Notes: generated by a model not told the origin, from the letters alone. Numbered from the stretch's first letter, positions 9,698-20,398 are shown. The stretch: 64,000 nucleotides of DNA from an uncultured virus (IMG/VR IMGVR_UViG_3300044506_000040) (IMGVR_UViG_3300044506_000040), one strand, 5' to 3'. Numbers and translations: made by a program.

Positions 9698-9822
9698 GTG
9701 TTTTAATCCTTGGTTATTCCCGTTCGTGACGTCAATCTTTTGACTCCACTAGCTGAGCTTTGCTGCGTCTACAGCATGAGACCGCTAGGTTAGTTTCTAC
9801 ATTCAACTCAAGGAAGCCTGCC

Positions 9823-11121
9823 ATGCGGCGACGACTCAGCCTTTTTCAAGGGGACACCTTGGCCCTGGAATCGATCGAATTCCAGCGCGACCAACAGCTT
9901 TTCAAAGAGCTGACCAATCTCATCACCGAATTCGAAAAGATCCCCGAGCGCGACATCCCGGATCATGAGCTGGCACTGACCCTCCCCGCGGTCATCAAGG
10001 CGCACACCGGCTTGCAACTGCTCGTGTCGTGGGCCGGTGACGTCGGCGACCTCGCCTGCTGTCCGCCGATGGCCAACCCGAACCACGTGTTCTGGAACCG
10101 CCTGGATCTCTGGATCCGAGAAGCGATTGGCACGGCTGATGCGGATAAGATTCTCAGCGATCCGAGCAAGAAGGCAATCGGCACGGTGGACCTGAAGCGC
10201 GGCAAGGTGGGTGGCGTGTTCAGCGAGATGGCTTGCCAGCTGTTGCTGCCGGCTGCTCTGCTCGTCTCCCGTCGTTTCACGGCGGCGGAGAAAGCCGCGG
10301 GTATCCTGCACGAGCTGGGCCACCTCTTCAGCTTCTTCGAATACCTGGCAGCGACGATGACGTCGAACTTCATCCTCCAGGCCATCTCGAAGACGTACGA
10401 TACGCCGACGAGCGTGAAGGACCGTGAAGTCATCCTCACGAAGATCAAGTCCCAGATGAAGATGAAGGAACTTGACGCCGAAGCGCTCGCCAAGTCCAAC
10501 AACCGCAAGATCACGGAGATCGTGCTGATCTCGACGTATGTGCGCGAGCTGCGCAGCGAGATCGGTTCGAACATCTTCGACATCAACGGCTGGGAAGTGC
10601 TGGCTGACCAGTTCGCCGCTCGCCAAGGCGCAGCACGCGACGTCACCACGTTCCTCGACAAGCTCTACCGTGAGCACAACTCGATCAAGTACCGCAGCTG
10701 GCCGTTCTGGCTCTACGTCGAAGCCATGAAGATCGGCTGCGTCATCCTGGCGCCACTCACGCTCGGCTCGTCGCTGCTCTTCACGCTCATTCTCTGTCTG
10801 AATGACGGCGTCGAAGCAAGCGACACCCTGTACGGCACGCTCAAGACGCGTTACGGTCGCATGCGCGATCAACTCGTCGCCGAGATGAAGGTCAATAAGG
10901 ATCTGGATCGTCAGGCGCAATTGGCGCAAGACATTCAAGTCATCGACGACGTGCTCAACGGCTTCACCGAAAAGCAACAGCTGCTCGGCTACGTCTACGA
11001 CTTCCTCTCGCCGGTTCAGCGCAAGCGAATCAGCCAGGAAAAGCTGCAACGTCAACTCGAAGACCTGGCGCACAACGACCTGTTCGTGCGCTCGGCTGCA
11101 CTGAAGCAACTCGGTGCCTAA
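9823..11121 (+). CDS. virion head protein with zincin-like HExxH motif
   Basis: AAGGA SD; N-terminal ALES cleavage-like site; ILHELGH and EVLADQFAARQG; hydrophobic hairpin near the C-terminus. Confidence 0.7.
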   Translation: MRRRLSLFQGDTLALESIEFQRDQQLFKELTNLITEFEKIPERDIPDHELALTLPAVIKAHTGLQLLVSWAGDVGDLACCPPMANPNHVFWNRLDLWIREAIGTADADKILSDPSKKAIGTVDLKRGKVGGVFSEMACQLLLPAALLVSRRFTAAEKAAGILHELGHLFSFFEYLAATMTSNFILQAISKTYDTPTSVKDREVILTKIKSQMKMKELDAEALAKSNNRKITEIVLISTYVRELRSEIGSNIFDINGWEVLADQFAARQGAARDVTTFLDKLYREHNSIKYRSWPFWLYVEAMKIGCVILAPLTLGSSLLFTLILCLNDGVEASDTLYGTLKTRYGRMRDQLVAEMKVNKDLDRQAQLAQDIQVIDDVLNGFTEKQQLLGYVYDFLSPVQRKRISQEKLQRQLEDLAHNDLFVRSAALKQLGA

Positions 11122-11145
11122 CCCATCTTCATCAGAGAGAAAATC

Positions 11146-11598
11146 ATGAACGTGTCTTTCCTTCGTTTCATCCAGACGGTCAACGCCCAAGACATGGGTG
11201 CGGATCGCCGTTGCGTCATCGCCGCAGGTGTGGCCATGGCAGTCGCTCGTGCGCTGGCGCTCCCGACGGCTTGCACGGACGCCCCGGGCCAGTACTACAA
11301 CTACAACAACCTCCAGATCGCCAAGGAACTCATCGGCGCGTTCAACGAGGAATGCGTGTTCGACGTCAAGGAATGCCTGGACGAAGTGCGCGAGTTCTGG
11401 ATGCTGCGCTACACGGCCGCTCATCCGGCTGACGTGCCCGTCTACGACGCCTCGATCGGCTTCTACGACAACGTGCTCGGTTGCGCACGCTTCGTCGACC
11501 AAGAGTCGCGCTGCTTCAACAACCAGTACAAGACGCAGATCTTCGCGATCCAGATCGCAGCGTCGTCGGTGATCAAGGCGATCCAGGGCAATGTTTAA
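11146..11598 (+). CDS. putative virion structural protein
   Basis: 150-aa ORF in the head operon; overlaps the next gene. Confidence 0.65.
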   Translation: MNVSFLRFIQTVNAQDMGADRRCVIAAGVAMAVARALALPTACTDAPGQYYNYNNLQIAKELIGAFNEECVFDVKECLDEVREFWMLRYTAAHPADVPVYDASIGFYDNVLGCARFVDQESRCFNNQYKTQIFAIQIAASSVIKAIQGNV

Positions 11599-12982
11599 TC
11601 AGCGCCTGAACACGGCGCTTGATTACGATGCAGATTGGGAGTTGGTGCCGCAGATCGTGGAAACGGTCGGCACAGGCGTCGCTCCCGATCTTCTGGAGGA
11701 ACTCGACGGCTTGGGTGCACTCGAAGCCCGCATCGAGGATCTGGAAGTCTTGCGCGCAGCCCTTCTTGATTCGAAGGGCATGAGCCAGCAGTTTGCCCTG
11801 GAAGCCCAGCGCTTGCTGCCTGAGTTCGACGGTCAGCGTCCGATCGGCTACTACACGGTCAACCCCAGTAAGACCCGCTACGGCGTAGCGTTGGAAGAAC
11901 TGAGTGCGGGCGTGTGGAGTCTGATTGCCGCTGGCATTGCTGCGATCGTCATGGCCATTGTGAAGTTCTTCAAGTGGCTCATGGGTCGCAAGGACGCAGC
12001 CTCTCCTGAAGAAGCTGTGAAGGATAGCATTGCAGAGCTCGAGGAAACGAAGAAGCTCCTCAAGCGCTGCGAGACCCTCGTGAACGAAGCCGTGACGAGC
12101 ACGAGTGGCCAGTACATCTACTTGAAGGACGCCCCGAACCGCGAAGTCTACTCACTGGACAAAGCGATCGAGCAACTCTTCAAGGACAACGCCCACGACC
12201 AACGCATCGCCCGTTTCCTGCAAACGAAGGATCCGTTCTTCCACGACATCGTCCACAGGGGCGAGTACAGCACGGAGATGGCACAGCTGAGCGTATTGTT
12301 CAGCAATTTGCAAGTGGTGCTGCGTCAGCGTCTAACGGCCCTGGAAGCGGTCTCGCGTCTGAACCTGACCGATGACAGCAGCACGGCCGACGCGGCCAAC
12401 CTGCGGGCTCTCCAGGTGCTTACAGAGCCAATGGTGGTGCGCTTCAAGGAAGTGGAGCAAACACTGCCGGAGATCAAGCAGTACATCTACAATCTGGCGC
12501 ATGCAACGAGCGTCCAGGAAGTGGAAGGTCCGATCTCCTTTGACCAACTCTTTCAGGTGATGAGCCAAGCGTTCAACCGGGAAGACGTGGTCGAGAGCCT
12601 CTCCGCTCTGAACACAACGATGCCACTGTTGGAGAATACGAAGAACGAACTCCAGTCGCTGGAGCGTACCTCGGGCAACTACCACAGTGACGGTAAGCGT
12701 GGCCAGCACTCGACCATGTTGGGCCAAGCGTTGCGTCAAGCAATCTTTGTGCTCGGTCAAGATGTGGCGTCGATGATCAGCATCACCGGTGAGCTGATGA
12801 GCTTCCAGAATCGACTCCTGCACATGGCGTCGAATGCTGCGGGGTTTGCGGCAGCCATTGCTACGCGTCTGGCCGTTCACGGTCTGAATCAAGACGGGGG
12901 CAACCTGGCACGCTGGACCTCGGTCGCTCACGAGCTCAAGGCAGTCGACAAGGAATTCAAACGCTTTGTCAAGCCGATGTAA
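11591..12982 (+). CDS. internal head/ejection protein paralogue
   Basis: PSKTRYGVALEE followed by a hydrophobic/amphipathic helix (IAAGIAAIVMAIVKFFKWL), typical of phiKZ-like processed head proteins. Confidence 0.7.
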   Translation: MFNQRLNTALDYDADWELVPQIVETVGTGVAPDLLEELDGLGALEARIEDLEVLRAALLDSKGMSQQFALEAQRLLPEFDGQRPIGYYTVNPSKTRYGVALEELSAGVWSLIAAGIAAIVMAIVKFFKWLMGRKDAASPEEAVKDSIAELEETKKLLKRCETLVNEAVTSTSGQYIYLKDAPNREVYSLDKAIEQLFKDNAHDQRIARFLQTKDPFFHDIVHRGEYSTEMAQLSVLFSNLQVVLRQRLTALEAVSRLNLTDDSSTADAANLRALQVLTEPMVVRFKEVEQTLPEIKQYIYNLAHATSVQEVEGPISFDQLFQVMSQAFNREDVVESLSALNTTMPLLENTKNELQSLERTSGNYHSDGKRGQHSTMLGQALRQAIFVLGQDVASMISITGELMSFQNRLLHMASNAAGFAAAIATRLAVHGLNQDGGNLARWTSVAHELKAVDKEFKRFVKPM

Positions 12983-12987
12983 GTTGA

Positions 12988-13026
12988 CGGCATATTAGCC
13001 CGGCGCAATGCCGGGCCTTTATGCCG
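12988..13026. terminator. bidirectional hairpin with CGGCATA/TATGCCG flanks
   Basis: cggcata-tta-gcccggc-gcaat-gccgggc-ctt-tatgccg between convergent genes. Confidence 0.75.
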
Positions 13027-13031
13027 CTTCC

Positions 13032-16000
13032 TTAAGCGACTGCGTTGCCACCCGGGGCGTACGAGACGAAGTTCACCGTCACCGCTTCTTGCACGCTGAG
13101 CGTACCGTTGGCGTTCACAATGAGCTCCTTCGCAATACCGAGTTGCGCGCTGTCGTTCACGAGCGTGAGCGTCGAGAAGTTCGCCTTCCCATTACCCAGT
13201 CCCGAGAACGTGAAGCTGATCACATCCGTGCCGTAGATCGTGTTCAGGGCTGCATTGATCTGCGAATCCGACACCACCGTATTGGCCAGTGCTTCGCTGA
13301 TCGTGCTGATCGTAGCCGTCTGCAATTGTCCCTTGAGCGTCTCATTAGCGAAGACGTTCGGCGCGACGTAGCAGGTGACCACAAAGCTCTGACCTGCATC
13401 CAGGTTGTAGATGCTGCCATCCTGGCCGTAGACCTGCACGCTACCGATGTTGGACACCGGGTAGTAGTACAGTTCCGTCTGTTCGAGCAACGACTTGTTG
13501 AGCGTCTCGAATTCACCCGTGAGCCAACCCGTCACCGTCGTGAGCAACTGACTCACGTAGGCCGGAGCCACCGTGTCATTGGCAAAGCGATACGCCGCTT
13601 CGATGAGCATGATGTCCAGGTTGCGCGTGAGGTTGCGCGGGCTGATCGGCACCGGGTTGCCTTGACCGTCGAGGATGACGTCCCCCACACGGTAACGGTA
13701 GCTCGGCGTGCCGTCGGTGTTGAGCACCGGGTCACCCTTCTTGTGCAAGACCGTGAAGACGATCTCGTTGTCGACGTAGCTAAACGGCAAGCCCGTGGTT
13801 GCATCCGGCACGTACACGTCACTCTCGTAGTAGTACGGCACGTTGGTCGTGTAGGTTTGGTACTGCACCGTCGAGACCACCGTACGCGCGCTGGCCCAGA
13901 GCGTATCGAGATACTGACCGAACTCAATGACGAGCTGTTCGTTCGTGACGCCGACTGCGTTCGCACCCAAGAGGAAGCGACCGAGCTTCGTGTCGACGGT
14001 ATCCGTCACCCACGTCGAGGGCATCGTGGCCGTCGTGCCGTACACCACGTCGATCGTGGCTTCCAGCGGACAGGCTGTCAACTGACCCGCCGTCGTGTTG
14101 TACATGAAGAACTTCGTCAGGTACAAGTTCGAGTTGGCATCCACGTTGTAGTTCGTCGACAGATCGAACGTGAAGAGACGCTCACCCGTGCTCGTCTTGC
14201 CCGTGAGCGTGCCGTTCAGATAAGCCCGCGCCGTTTGACCCGGCGGGATGAACGAGAGCTGGCAGAAGACTTGGTTGTCGTCCAGACCTTGGTAGGCCGT
14301 GTTCGACGTCGTCGCCAATACCAGCTGATAACCCGTAGCCGTTTGCGAGAGCGTGTACGTCTTCGTGCTCACTTCGAGTTGCGTCGTGTCATTCTCGCCC
14401 ACCCAGAGCTTCGTCTCAACAGCCGGCGAATTCAGGTAGTACGGACGCAGCGCCAACTCGTTCTTGGTCATGTCGACCACATAGTGCCATGGGCTCCAGA
14501 AGTAGTTCCCGGAGTTCACAGCGAGAGCCAAGTTCGTCGGCGTCATGGCAGCGAGTTGGTTCAGCACCTCATCGCTCACCATCGAAACCACACCGTTCAC
14601 GTTCTGGTACACCGCCTTCGGCGTAATCGTCACGCTCGAACCGTTATCGATCACGGCACTGTTGGCGACCGCCTGAGCCACCGACAGAGCAATCGTCGAG
14701 ATCGTGGAGCAGGCCGCGGTAATCAACGAGCTATCCGTCGGCTGCGGCATCGGCGCCGTGGCCAGGTACGTCCGGTTCGTGATGTTGTCCACGTTCTTCA
14801 CCACGCCAAAGCCTTCTTGGCTCAACGTGTCTTGCAGCTGGGCCGGCGTAATCGGCAAGGATTGCGGACCCACCGAGTTGTCGTCCACTTGCTGACGCAG
14901 AGAGAGGAAGCTCTGCGAGTTCGTGCCGCCGATGACCGTCGAATCCGAATACGTCAGGACAGCCGAGAACGTGTTGAGCGGCGTCGTGAACATCGTCGTG
15001 TCGTTCGTGTCGATCGCGAAGAAGTTCGCAGCAAACGCGGACGCAGCGTAGTTCGCCAGGTTCATGTTCAACGGACCTTGCGTCTCGTACACGTCGATGC
15101 GGATGTTCTGGTTCAGCAGACCACTGGCCGTGTAGACCTGCGGAATGCTCACTTCCAGTTGCGTCACGCCTGTGGCGATGTCCGTGTCCACCGTCAGCAG
15201 GGCCGTCGGCGTGAGCGGATCATAGATCTCGGACGAGTGCGTCGTCTGGAGTTCCACCCAGCTGCTGGTCGTCGAGTTGAACGCGTAGACCCGGCAGTAG
15301 TAGAACTGGTTTGTGAGCGGGATCGTCTGGCTGAACTGACGGCTCGGCGAACAGGTACCCGTGCGGGTGATGATGTCGAACTGTTGCACCGGGAACGTCA
15401 AGAACACCCAGTTCTGATCCTGACCCTGACGGTACTGCCAATCGACGAGGTTCGAGGTCAGCGTTTGCAGCGGACTCGCGATCGTCGTGTCGTAGGTCAC
15501 CGACAGACCACCGTGCGCGGCCTGCACGATGTTGATCGGGTACTGGAGACTGAACTGCACCTCGCCTACCGTGAAGTAGGTGTTGCGCGGAATGGTCAGC
15601 TTCTTCGTACCGGTCGTCGGATCGGCGACCAGCTTGTTCAGGAGTTCGTTCTCGCCAAAGGCCAGCGTCCACGTCGTGGTGGCGGGCGAAGCAAAGCGAT
15701 TCACGTAGTCCGTGTCCGACATGTGCGGATACAGATCCTTGTAGGTGACGGCCGACACCGAGTAGCCCTTGCGCCACAGTGCCTGCACCTTCTCCATGAA
15801 GGCCGCGGTATTGACCGCGCTCGTCTCGATGGAGTGCACGTACGGATTGGAAGGGTCGACGATGTTGACCACGCCACCCGTGACTTCGTTCAGGTAGTTG
15901 AACGCGACTTGTTGGATACCCGCCGGATTGTACTGATAATTAACGATGCTATTAATCAGGTCCGTGATCGTCGGGCTGCCCGAAGGCACCGTGAGCGAGG

Positions 16001-16049
16001 CGACCATTGCCGCCGTGGTGCTCACGCCGTCCGATGAGGTTGTTGCCAT
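13032..16049 (-). CDS. large virion structural protein, putative baseplate wedge (phiKZ gp87-like)
   Basis: 1005 aa; IVDPSNP, KDLYPHMSDTDY, KNVDNITNRTYLA, YFWSPWHYV motifs; synteny. Confidence 0.75.
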   Translation of the reverse strand: MATTSSDGVSTTAAMVASLTVPSGSPTITDLINSIVNYQYNPAGIQQVAFNYLNEVTGGVVNIVDPSNPYVHSIETSAVNTAAFMEKVQALWRKGYSVSAVTYKDLYPHMSDTDYVNRFASPATTTWTLAFGENELLNKLVADPTTGTKKLTIPRNTYFTVGEVQFSLQYPINIVQAAHGGLSVTYDTTIASPLQTLTSNLVDWQYRQGQDQNWVFLTFPVQQFDIITRTGTCSPSRQFSQTIPLTNQFYYCRVYAFNSTTSSWVELQTTHSSEIYDPLTPTALLTVDTDIATGVTQLEVSIPQVYTASGLLNQNIRIDVYETQGPLNMNLANYAASAFAANFFAIDTNDTTMFTTPLNTFSAVLTYSDSTVIGGTNSQSFLSLRQQVDDNSVGPQSLPITPAQLQDTLSQEGFGVVKNVDNITNRTYLATAPMPQPTDSSLITAACSTISTIALSVAQAVANSAVIDNGSSVTITPKAVYQNVNGVVSMVSDEVLNQLAAMTPTNLALAVNSGNYFWSPWHYVVDMTKNELALRPYYLNSPAVETKLWVGENDTTQLEVSTKTYTLSQTATGYQLVLATTSNTAYQGLDDNQVFCQLSFIPPGQTARAYLNGTLTGKTSTGERLFTFDLSTNYNVDANSNLYLTKFFMYNTTAGQLTACPLEATIDVVYGTTATMPSTWVTDTVDTKLGRFLLGANAVGVTNEQLVIEFGQYLDTLWASARTVVSTVQYQTYTTNVPYYYESDVYVPDATTGLPFSYVDNEIVFTVLHKKGDPVLNTDGTPSYRYRVGDVILDGQGNPVPISPRNLTRNLDIMLIEAAYRFANDTVAPAYVSQLLTTVTGWLTGEFETLNKSLLEQTELYYYPVSNIGSVQVYGQDGSIYNLDAGQSFVVTCYVAPNVFANETLKGQLQTATISTISEALANTVVSDSQINAALNTIYGTDVISFTFSGLGNGKANFSTLTLVNDSAQLGIAKELIVNANGTLSVQEAVTVNFVSYAPGGNAVA

Positions 16050-16058
16050 GAAGAGTCC

Positions 16059-17327
16059 TTACGAGTTGTTCTGGGTAACCGGCAAGCTGTGGATGACGTT
16101 CTTGTTCACCGAGCTCGAGTTCACACTAGGCTGCGTGTGACCGGCCGTGTAGATCTGCGAGTTCGTCACGCCACTCGGCGTGCTCTGGCCCGTGGGCAAC
16201 GTCTGCGTACCCGTGAGCAGGCCAATCTCGGTGACCGGCAGCACTTGGTTGTACGTAGCGTTATCGATCCACCACTCCAGCTCCCACGTGTCCGGGTTGA
16301 TGCGCGGGTAGCCACGGTTGTTAAACAGCTGCAACGCCGCCATCGGGATCTTCGTATTCATCGATGACCGGTTCGCATCGGTCATCGAGTGATTGAAGTC
16401 CTGCACGGTCTTGTTGAACGTGTAGAGCAGGATCGGATCGTTGTAGATCGCACCCACGCAATGGAACGGAATGCTGATGTCCTGATTCGTGTCGTTGTAG
16501 GGCTTTTCCGAATCATAGTTGAACGAACCCCCAATGGGATTCGCATACGGAAACGCTGCCCCACACGCGCCGATTTTCTGGACGTAGGTCCGGCTTGGAT
16601 CAAGCACCAGGCGATAGATACGCGTCTGGTAGTCCAGCTCATTTTCCACCACCATCTCTGGGTACGGCACCATGTTCCCCTGGAACACGTTGCTCATGTA
16701 GTGCGCCCAGTAGAAGAACATTGCGGTGATCGGATCGCCCGGAATGTTGCGGAAATTGGCTGTAATATCGTATGCCGAATAAATGTCCGTCACTCCGTCG
16801 ACGATGGAGTACTGTTCCTTATATAACCCCTCATGCGAGGTGTTGTAGGGAACGGTGACATCTTGCCAACCATTGATACCCTTCAAGGTATTCGTCAAGA
16901 GTGGAATGAACGCTTGTTGCGGGTCCACAAAGGGCGAAGTCGTCGCTGCAATCCCCAACGTCGTATCGCCTTGATTCTCACGAGGCGAGAGGTAGCAGCG
17001 GATAATTCTTTGAAGTGTCTTGTCGTTGGTGGTCGTCAACGGATTGAACAAACGAACAGCACGTAAGTTCCCCAGCGACAAATTCAGGTTCGGTCGCGTG
17101 AAGAACGTCAGACCGTAATGGTCTTTGTTGATGGGAACCGCGTTAGGGGTCTGGCGGTGGTTGATGCCGAAGTACGTATTCTTCAGCGCCCCCGTTCCGC
17201 GCGAACCCATTGGCGTCGTCGCCAACAACGAGTCCACGGCGCTCTGCGGCGTGGTACTTGCAGCGGTGAAGACGCTGGAAATATCCAATGCAGCTGAGGT
17301 GCCCGTGGTACCGTCAGATGTAGCCAT
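16059..17327 (-). CDS. virion structural protein (phiKZ gp88-like)
   Basis: GLTFFTRPNLNLS, FIPLLTN, DYQTRIYRLVLDP, YPRINP motifs; synteny. Confidence 0.75.
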   Translation of the reverse strand: MATSDGTTGTSAALDISSVFTAASTTPQSAVDSLLATTPMGSRGTGALKNTYFGINHRQTPNAVPINKDHYGLTFFTRPNLNLSLGNLRAVRLFNPLTTTNDKTLQRIIRCYLSPRENQGDTTLGIAATTSPFVDPQQAFIPLLTNTLKGINGWQDVTVPYNTSHEGLYKEQYSIVDGVTDIYSAYDITANFRNIPGDPITAMFFYWAHYMSNVFQGNMVPYPEMVVENELDYQTRIYRLVLDPSRTYVQKIGACGAAFPYANPIGGSFNYDSEKPYNDTNQDISIPFHCVGAIYNDPILLYTFNKTVQDFNHSMTDANRSSMNTKIPMAALQLFNNRGYPRINPDTWELEWWIDNATYNQVLPVTEIGLLTGTQTLPTGQSTPSGVTNSQIYTAGHTQPSVNSSSVNKNVIHSLPVTQNNS

Positions 17328-17362
17328 ACTTGTTTAACCTCTTTTCAAATGGGACTAGCGCG

Positions 17363-18841
17363 ATGAGTGCTGAGATCGTAACGAATGCCGCAGCCGCCGG
17401 TGCGGTGGTAGGCCAGGCCGCCATCAAGATGTTCATGGATCGTGCGGCCGCTGTCGGAGCCAGCACGGATCTGGTGTCCTTCTCGCAAGCCGCTCGTGTC
17501 GAGCCGCTCGTGCTGGTGGATACGGACGCGCTGTATGTCGAAGAACTGCACGACGTTCTTCAATCGATGCAAAGCATTTTCGCAGGTTACTACCTGCAAG
17601 CCCTGTCGCTGGATTCGGCCCTGGGCAACGTGAAGGTGATCGATACGCTGGGTAAGTTCAACCCCAATGGTCACTCGAACCCCCATGGCAATCTGAAGCG
17701 CGATGTCGCCAACAACTTCGGTGGTATGAAGTTCAAGTACTCCAAGGGCGACGGCATGCAGTTCTCGATGGAAGCGTACAAGGATGCGCTCCCCGACTTC
17801 CGCAACATGGACGACCAAGCCGTTGCACTCGAAGCGATGGACGACTTCGGCAACGACATGAACAAGAATGGCCGCAAGGTTCAGTCCCCGTTCGACAACG
17901 ACAAGGACTACAAGAACTGGAAGGCCGATCGTGAAGTCGCCCGCAGCGACGAGCAAGACGCGGACCGTCACGCGCAGAAGGAACGCCAGCGTCAACAAGA
18001 CGCCGAACGTGCCGAAGACCGTGCCAAGAACAAGCGCCGCGACACCGAGAACGAACTCGATCGCGCTGCCGACCGTGACTACCAGTTGCAAGAGCGCGCC
18101 CGTACTGCCGCTGAGCGCGAAGCCGCCGAGAAGAAGTCGAAGGCCGAAGGCGAACGCGTGGGTCTGCACGTCGACGAGGGTGCCCTGAAGGACATCCGCG
18201 AAGCGTCGAACCTGTCCGTGGGCAAGGTCATCAACGTCGAACTCAAGAACAACGGGCAAACATTCAATGTGCCGGTTGCGATCCGGTTGGTGGTCAACAC
18301 CATCCCGAGCGCGAAGCTCGTTCATATCTTGTCGCTCAATGCCTACCAGCTGCACTCGGCAGACGACCGTTGGCACGGCTACAAGTCGGGCCGCCTCTCG
18401 TTCGTGAAGGACCTGATCTTCGCTCGTGACCTGATCGACGAACACCGTCGCAGCCTCATGACCTCGAGCGACAGCGTCTACCACAACGTCATCAAGCGTG
18501 AACAGAAGTCGCTCATGGCCGCCTTCATCAGCGGCGTGCCGTCGGTCGCGTCGGCTTCGAACATGATCGTCACGACGACGAACTCGATCGAAGAACTCGA
18601 GCAATCGATGCCCGGCAAGTTCAGCGACTTCAAGTGGCGCCAGCAAGTGTTCGAACGCACGTCGCTCATGATCGTCGCCGTGATCGACAAGGAATGGAAC
18701 CGCGTCACGTTCTACCACCGTGGTCTGCCCGATGCAACCGACGTGTCGTTCCGCGACATCAAGGCGTCCGGCAAGGGCAATGGTCCGGACGTCTCGGACA
18801 TCCTGAAGGCCTACACGCTCGGCCAAGCTCCGCGTCTGTAA
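17363..18841 (+). CDS. inner-body/head protein (phiKZ gp89-like)
   Basis: ARVEPLVLVD, FAGYYLQA, NLSVGKVINV, KSGRLSFVKDLIF motifs; charged central insertion. Confidence 0.75.
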   Translation: MSAEIVTNAAAAGAVVGQAAIKMFMDRAAAVGASTDLVSFSQAARVEPLVLVDTDALYVEELHDVLQSMQSIFAGYYLQALSLDSALGNVKVIDTLGKFNPNGHSNPHGNLKRDVANNFGGMKFKYSKGDGMQFSMEAYKDALPDFRNMDDQAVALEAMDDFGNDMNKNGRKVQSPFDNDKDYKNWKADREVARSDEQDADRHAQKERQRQQDAERAEDRAKNKRRDTENELDRAADRDYQLQERARTAAEREAAEKKSKAEGERVGLHVDEGALKDIREASNLSVGKVINVELKNNGQTFNVPVAIRLVVNTIPSAKLVHILSLNAYQLHSADDRWHGYKSGRLSFVKDLIFARDLIDEHRRSLMTSSDSVYHNVIKREQKSLMAAFISGVPSVASASNMIVTTTNSIEELEQSMPGKFSDFKWRQQVFERTSLMIVAVIDKEWNRVTFYHRGLPDATDVSFRDIKASGKGNGPDVSDILKAYTLGQAPRL

Positions 18842-18852
18842 CCAACTCATCG

Positions 18853-18888
18853 GCTGGGTGGAGCAATCCACTCAGCTTCATTTTTTTC
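18853..18888 (+). terminator. rho-independent terminator
   Basis: gctgggtgga-gcaa-tccactcagc followed by a T-run. Confidence 0.6.
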
Positions 18889-18906
18889 ACGAAAGGATCT
18901 TCAATC

Positions 18907-19797
18907 ATGAAGGTTGAGCAATACATCGCCACGTTGGCGCCGAGCCTGCGTAAGGACAAGATCCTCGATGATCTTGGTAACGTGCGCAAGGGCCTGCGGG
19001 AAGCGACCATTCCGGCGTATGACGCGCTGGACACCCTCTTCGGCAAGTGGTCGTGGCGCAGCGAAGACATGAAGAGCATCTCGAGCTCCTTCGGTCGCAT
19101 CGCTGGCAGCAAGGGCATGGTCCCCACGATCCTCGAAGCACTGAACAACACGGCGCGCAACCTCGACGTCGTCGAGCAGATGGTCATCTCGCAGTTCAAC
19201 GAAGAAGTCGTGTCGTCGGCACTGACCTACAAGAAGGCCTCGATCCTCCAGTATCTGGATGCGGTCCAGTTCATCTCGAACTATGCGCGCAAGCTCGCCA
19301 ACTTCCTGATGGTCGCGGAAACGGCGACCTTCCCGGAAAGCGACGTTGCCGTCAAGACCTCGTTCGTGCCGGCCGAAGTCAACTTCATCCACGACAAGCT
19401 CACGATGTTCGCGCAAGCGCTCGTCGCGATCGCCTGCAAGCCCGACGAACTCTCCAAGCGTATCGACGAAGCCCCTGAAGTCGTCGTGAAGGCGGCTACC
19501 GCCGGTGCCGTCGCGCAAACGCTGGGCAGCGCCAAGACCGACCCGATGAAGATGAACTTCATTGCGTCGACGTGGAACCCCTTCTACCACATCGGCAAAG
19601 CGATCGCCGAGTGGCAAGTGGGCAAGTACAACTCGGCCAAGGAAGAGCTGCAACTCGTGCAGATGCGCAAGCTCTACCTCGAGAAGCTGCAAGCGAAGAA
19701 GCCGGATGCCGCGCTCGCGTCGGAAATCGACTACATGGAAAAGCGCGTGCAGGACATGAACGCGAAGATCGCCAAGATGGAGGCTGACTATGCCTGA
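18907..19797 (+). CDS. major inner-body/head protein (phiKZ gp90-like)
   Basis: AAAGGA SD; WNPFYHIG motif and C-terminal coiled coil; synteny. Confidence 0.7.
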   Translation: MKVEQYIATLAPSLRKDKILDDLGNVRKGLREATIPAYDALDTLFGKWSWRSEDMKSISSSFGRIAGSKGMVPTILEALNNTARNLDVVEQMVISQFNEEVVSSALTYKKASILQYLDAVQFISNYARKLANFLMVAETATFPESDVAVKTSFVPAEVNFIHDKLTMFAQALVAIACKPDELSKRIDEAPEVVVKAATAGAVAQTLGSAKTDPMKMNFIASTWNPFYHIGKAIAEWQVGKYNSAKEELQLVQMRKLYLEKLQAKKPDAALASEIDYMEKRVQDMNAKIAKMEADYA

Positions 19798-20398
19798 AGC
19801 CCTCGCCGGCTTCAAGATCTATCCGCGGGGTTTCGCCGGGCGTGACTTGCCTGTGCGACTCGCGGAGCGTCCGAAGCCCTACGAAATCCGCATCCGCTCG
19901 CAAAAGCAAATCGGCATCCTGCAACCGACTCCGGTCGTGCTCGATGCCAATCAAGTCGTCGAGACGCTGTACTCGCAGTACATCAAGCGCTCGGCTGACA
20001 CGCTCTCCGAAGAGTTCCGTGAAGCGGTTCTCATCGCAGCGCTGCAAGCCTTCGGGACGTCGAACTTCTATTCCTGGTACATGTCGCAGTTGAGTCTGCC
20101 CACGATCAGTGAAGAACACGTTCGCTTCCTGGGCGACATCTGCCGGTTCATTTCGACCGGCACGCACGAATTCCGTCTCGAGACCTGGGCGTATCTGCTC
20201 AAGACTTCGAGCGAGGGACTGCGTCCGTTCCAGCCGTGTCAAACGGCCCGTGACTTCTTCTTCATGAAGCAAGGCACGACGGTTCCGTGCGATCCGGTGC
20301 AGTACAGTCTCATCAACGTAATCCAGCGTTGGTGCAGTCAACCGCAAGGTATCGAAGACCTTTTGGGCACGCTCCATCTGCTCTTCGGTAACGTGTAA
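19790..20398 (+). CDS. conserved structural-cluster protein
   Basis: KIYPRGF...IQRWCSQPQGIEDLLGTL; overlaps the upstream gene. Confidence 0.7.
   Translation: MPEALAGFKIYPRGFAGRDLPVRLAERPKPYEIRIRSQKQIGILQPTPVVLDANQVVETLYSQYIKRSADTLSEEFREAVLIAALQAFGTSNFYSWYMSQLSLPTISEEHVRFLGDICRFISTGTHEFRLETWAYLLKTSSEGLRPFQPCQTARDFFFMKQGTTVPCDPVQYSLINVIQRWCSQPQGIEDLLGTLHLLFGNV

Noticed and set aside
13008..16037. Long antisense ORFs (e.g. 13008+, 3214-, 9808-, 20338-, 24300-, 48376-)
   Set aside because: Shadow frames caused by high GC3 codon bias; the opposite strand carries recognisable phage proteins
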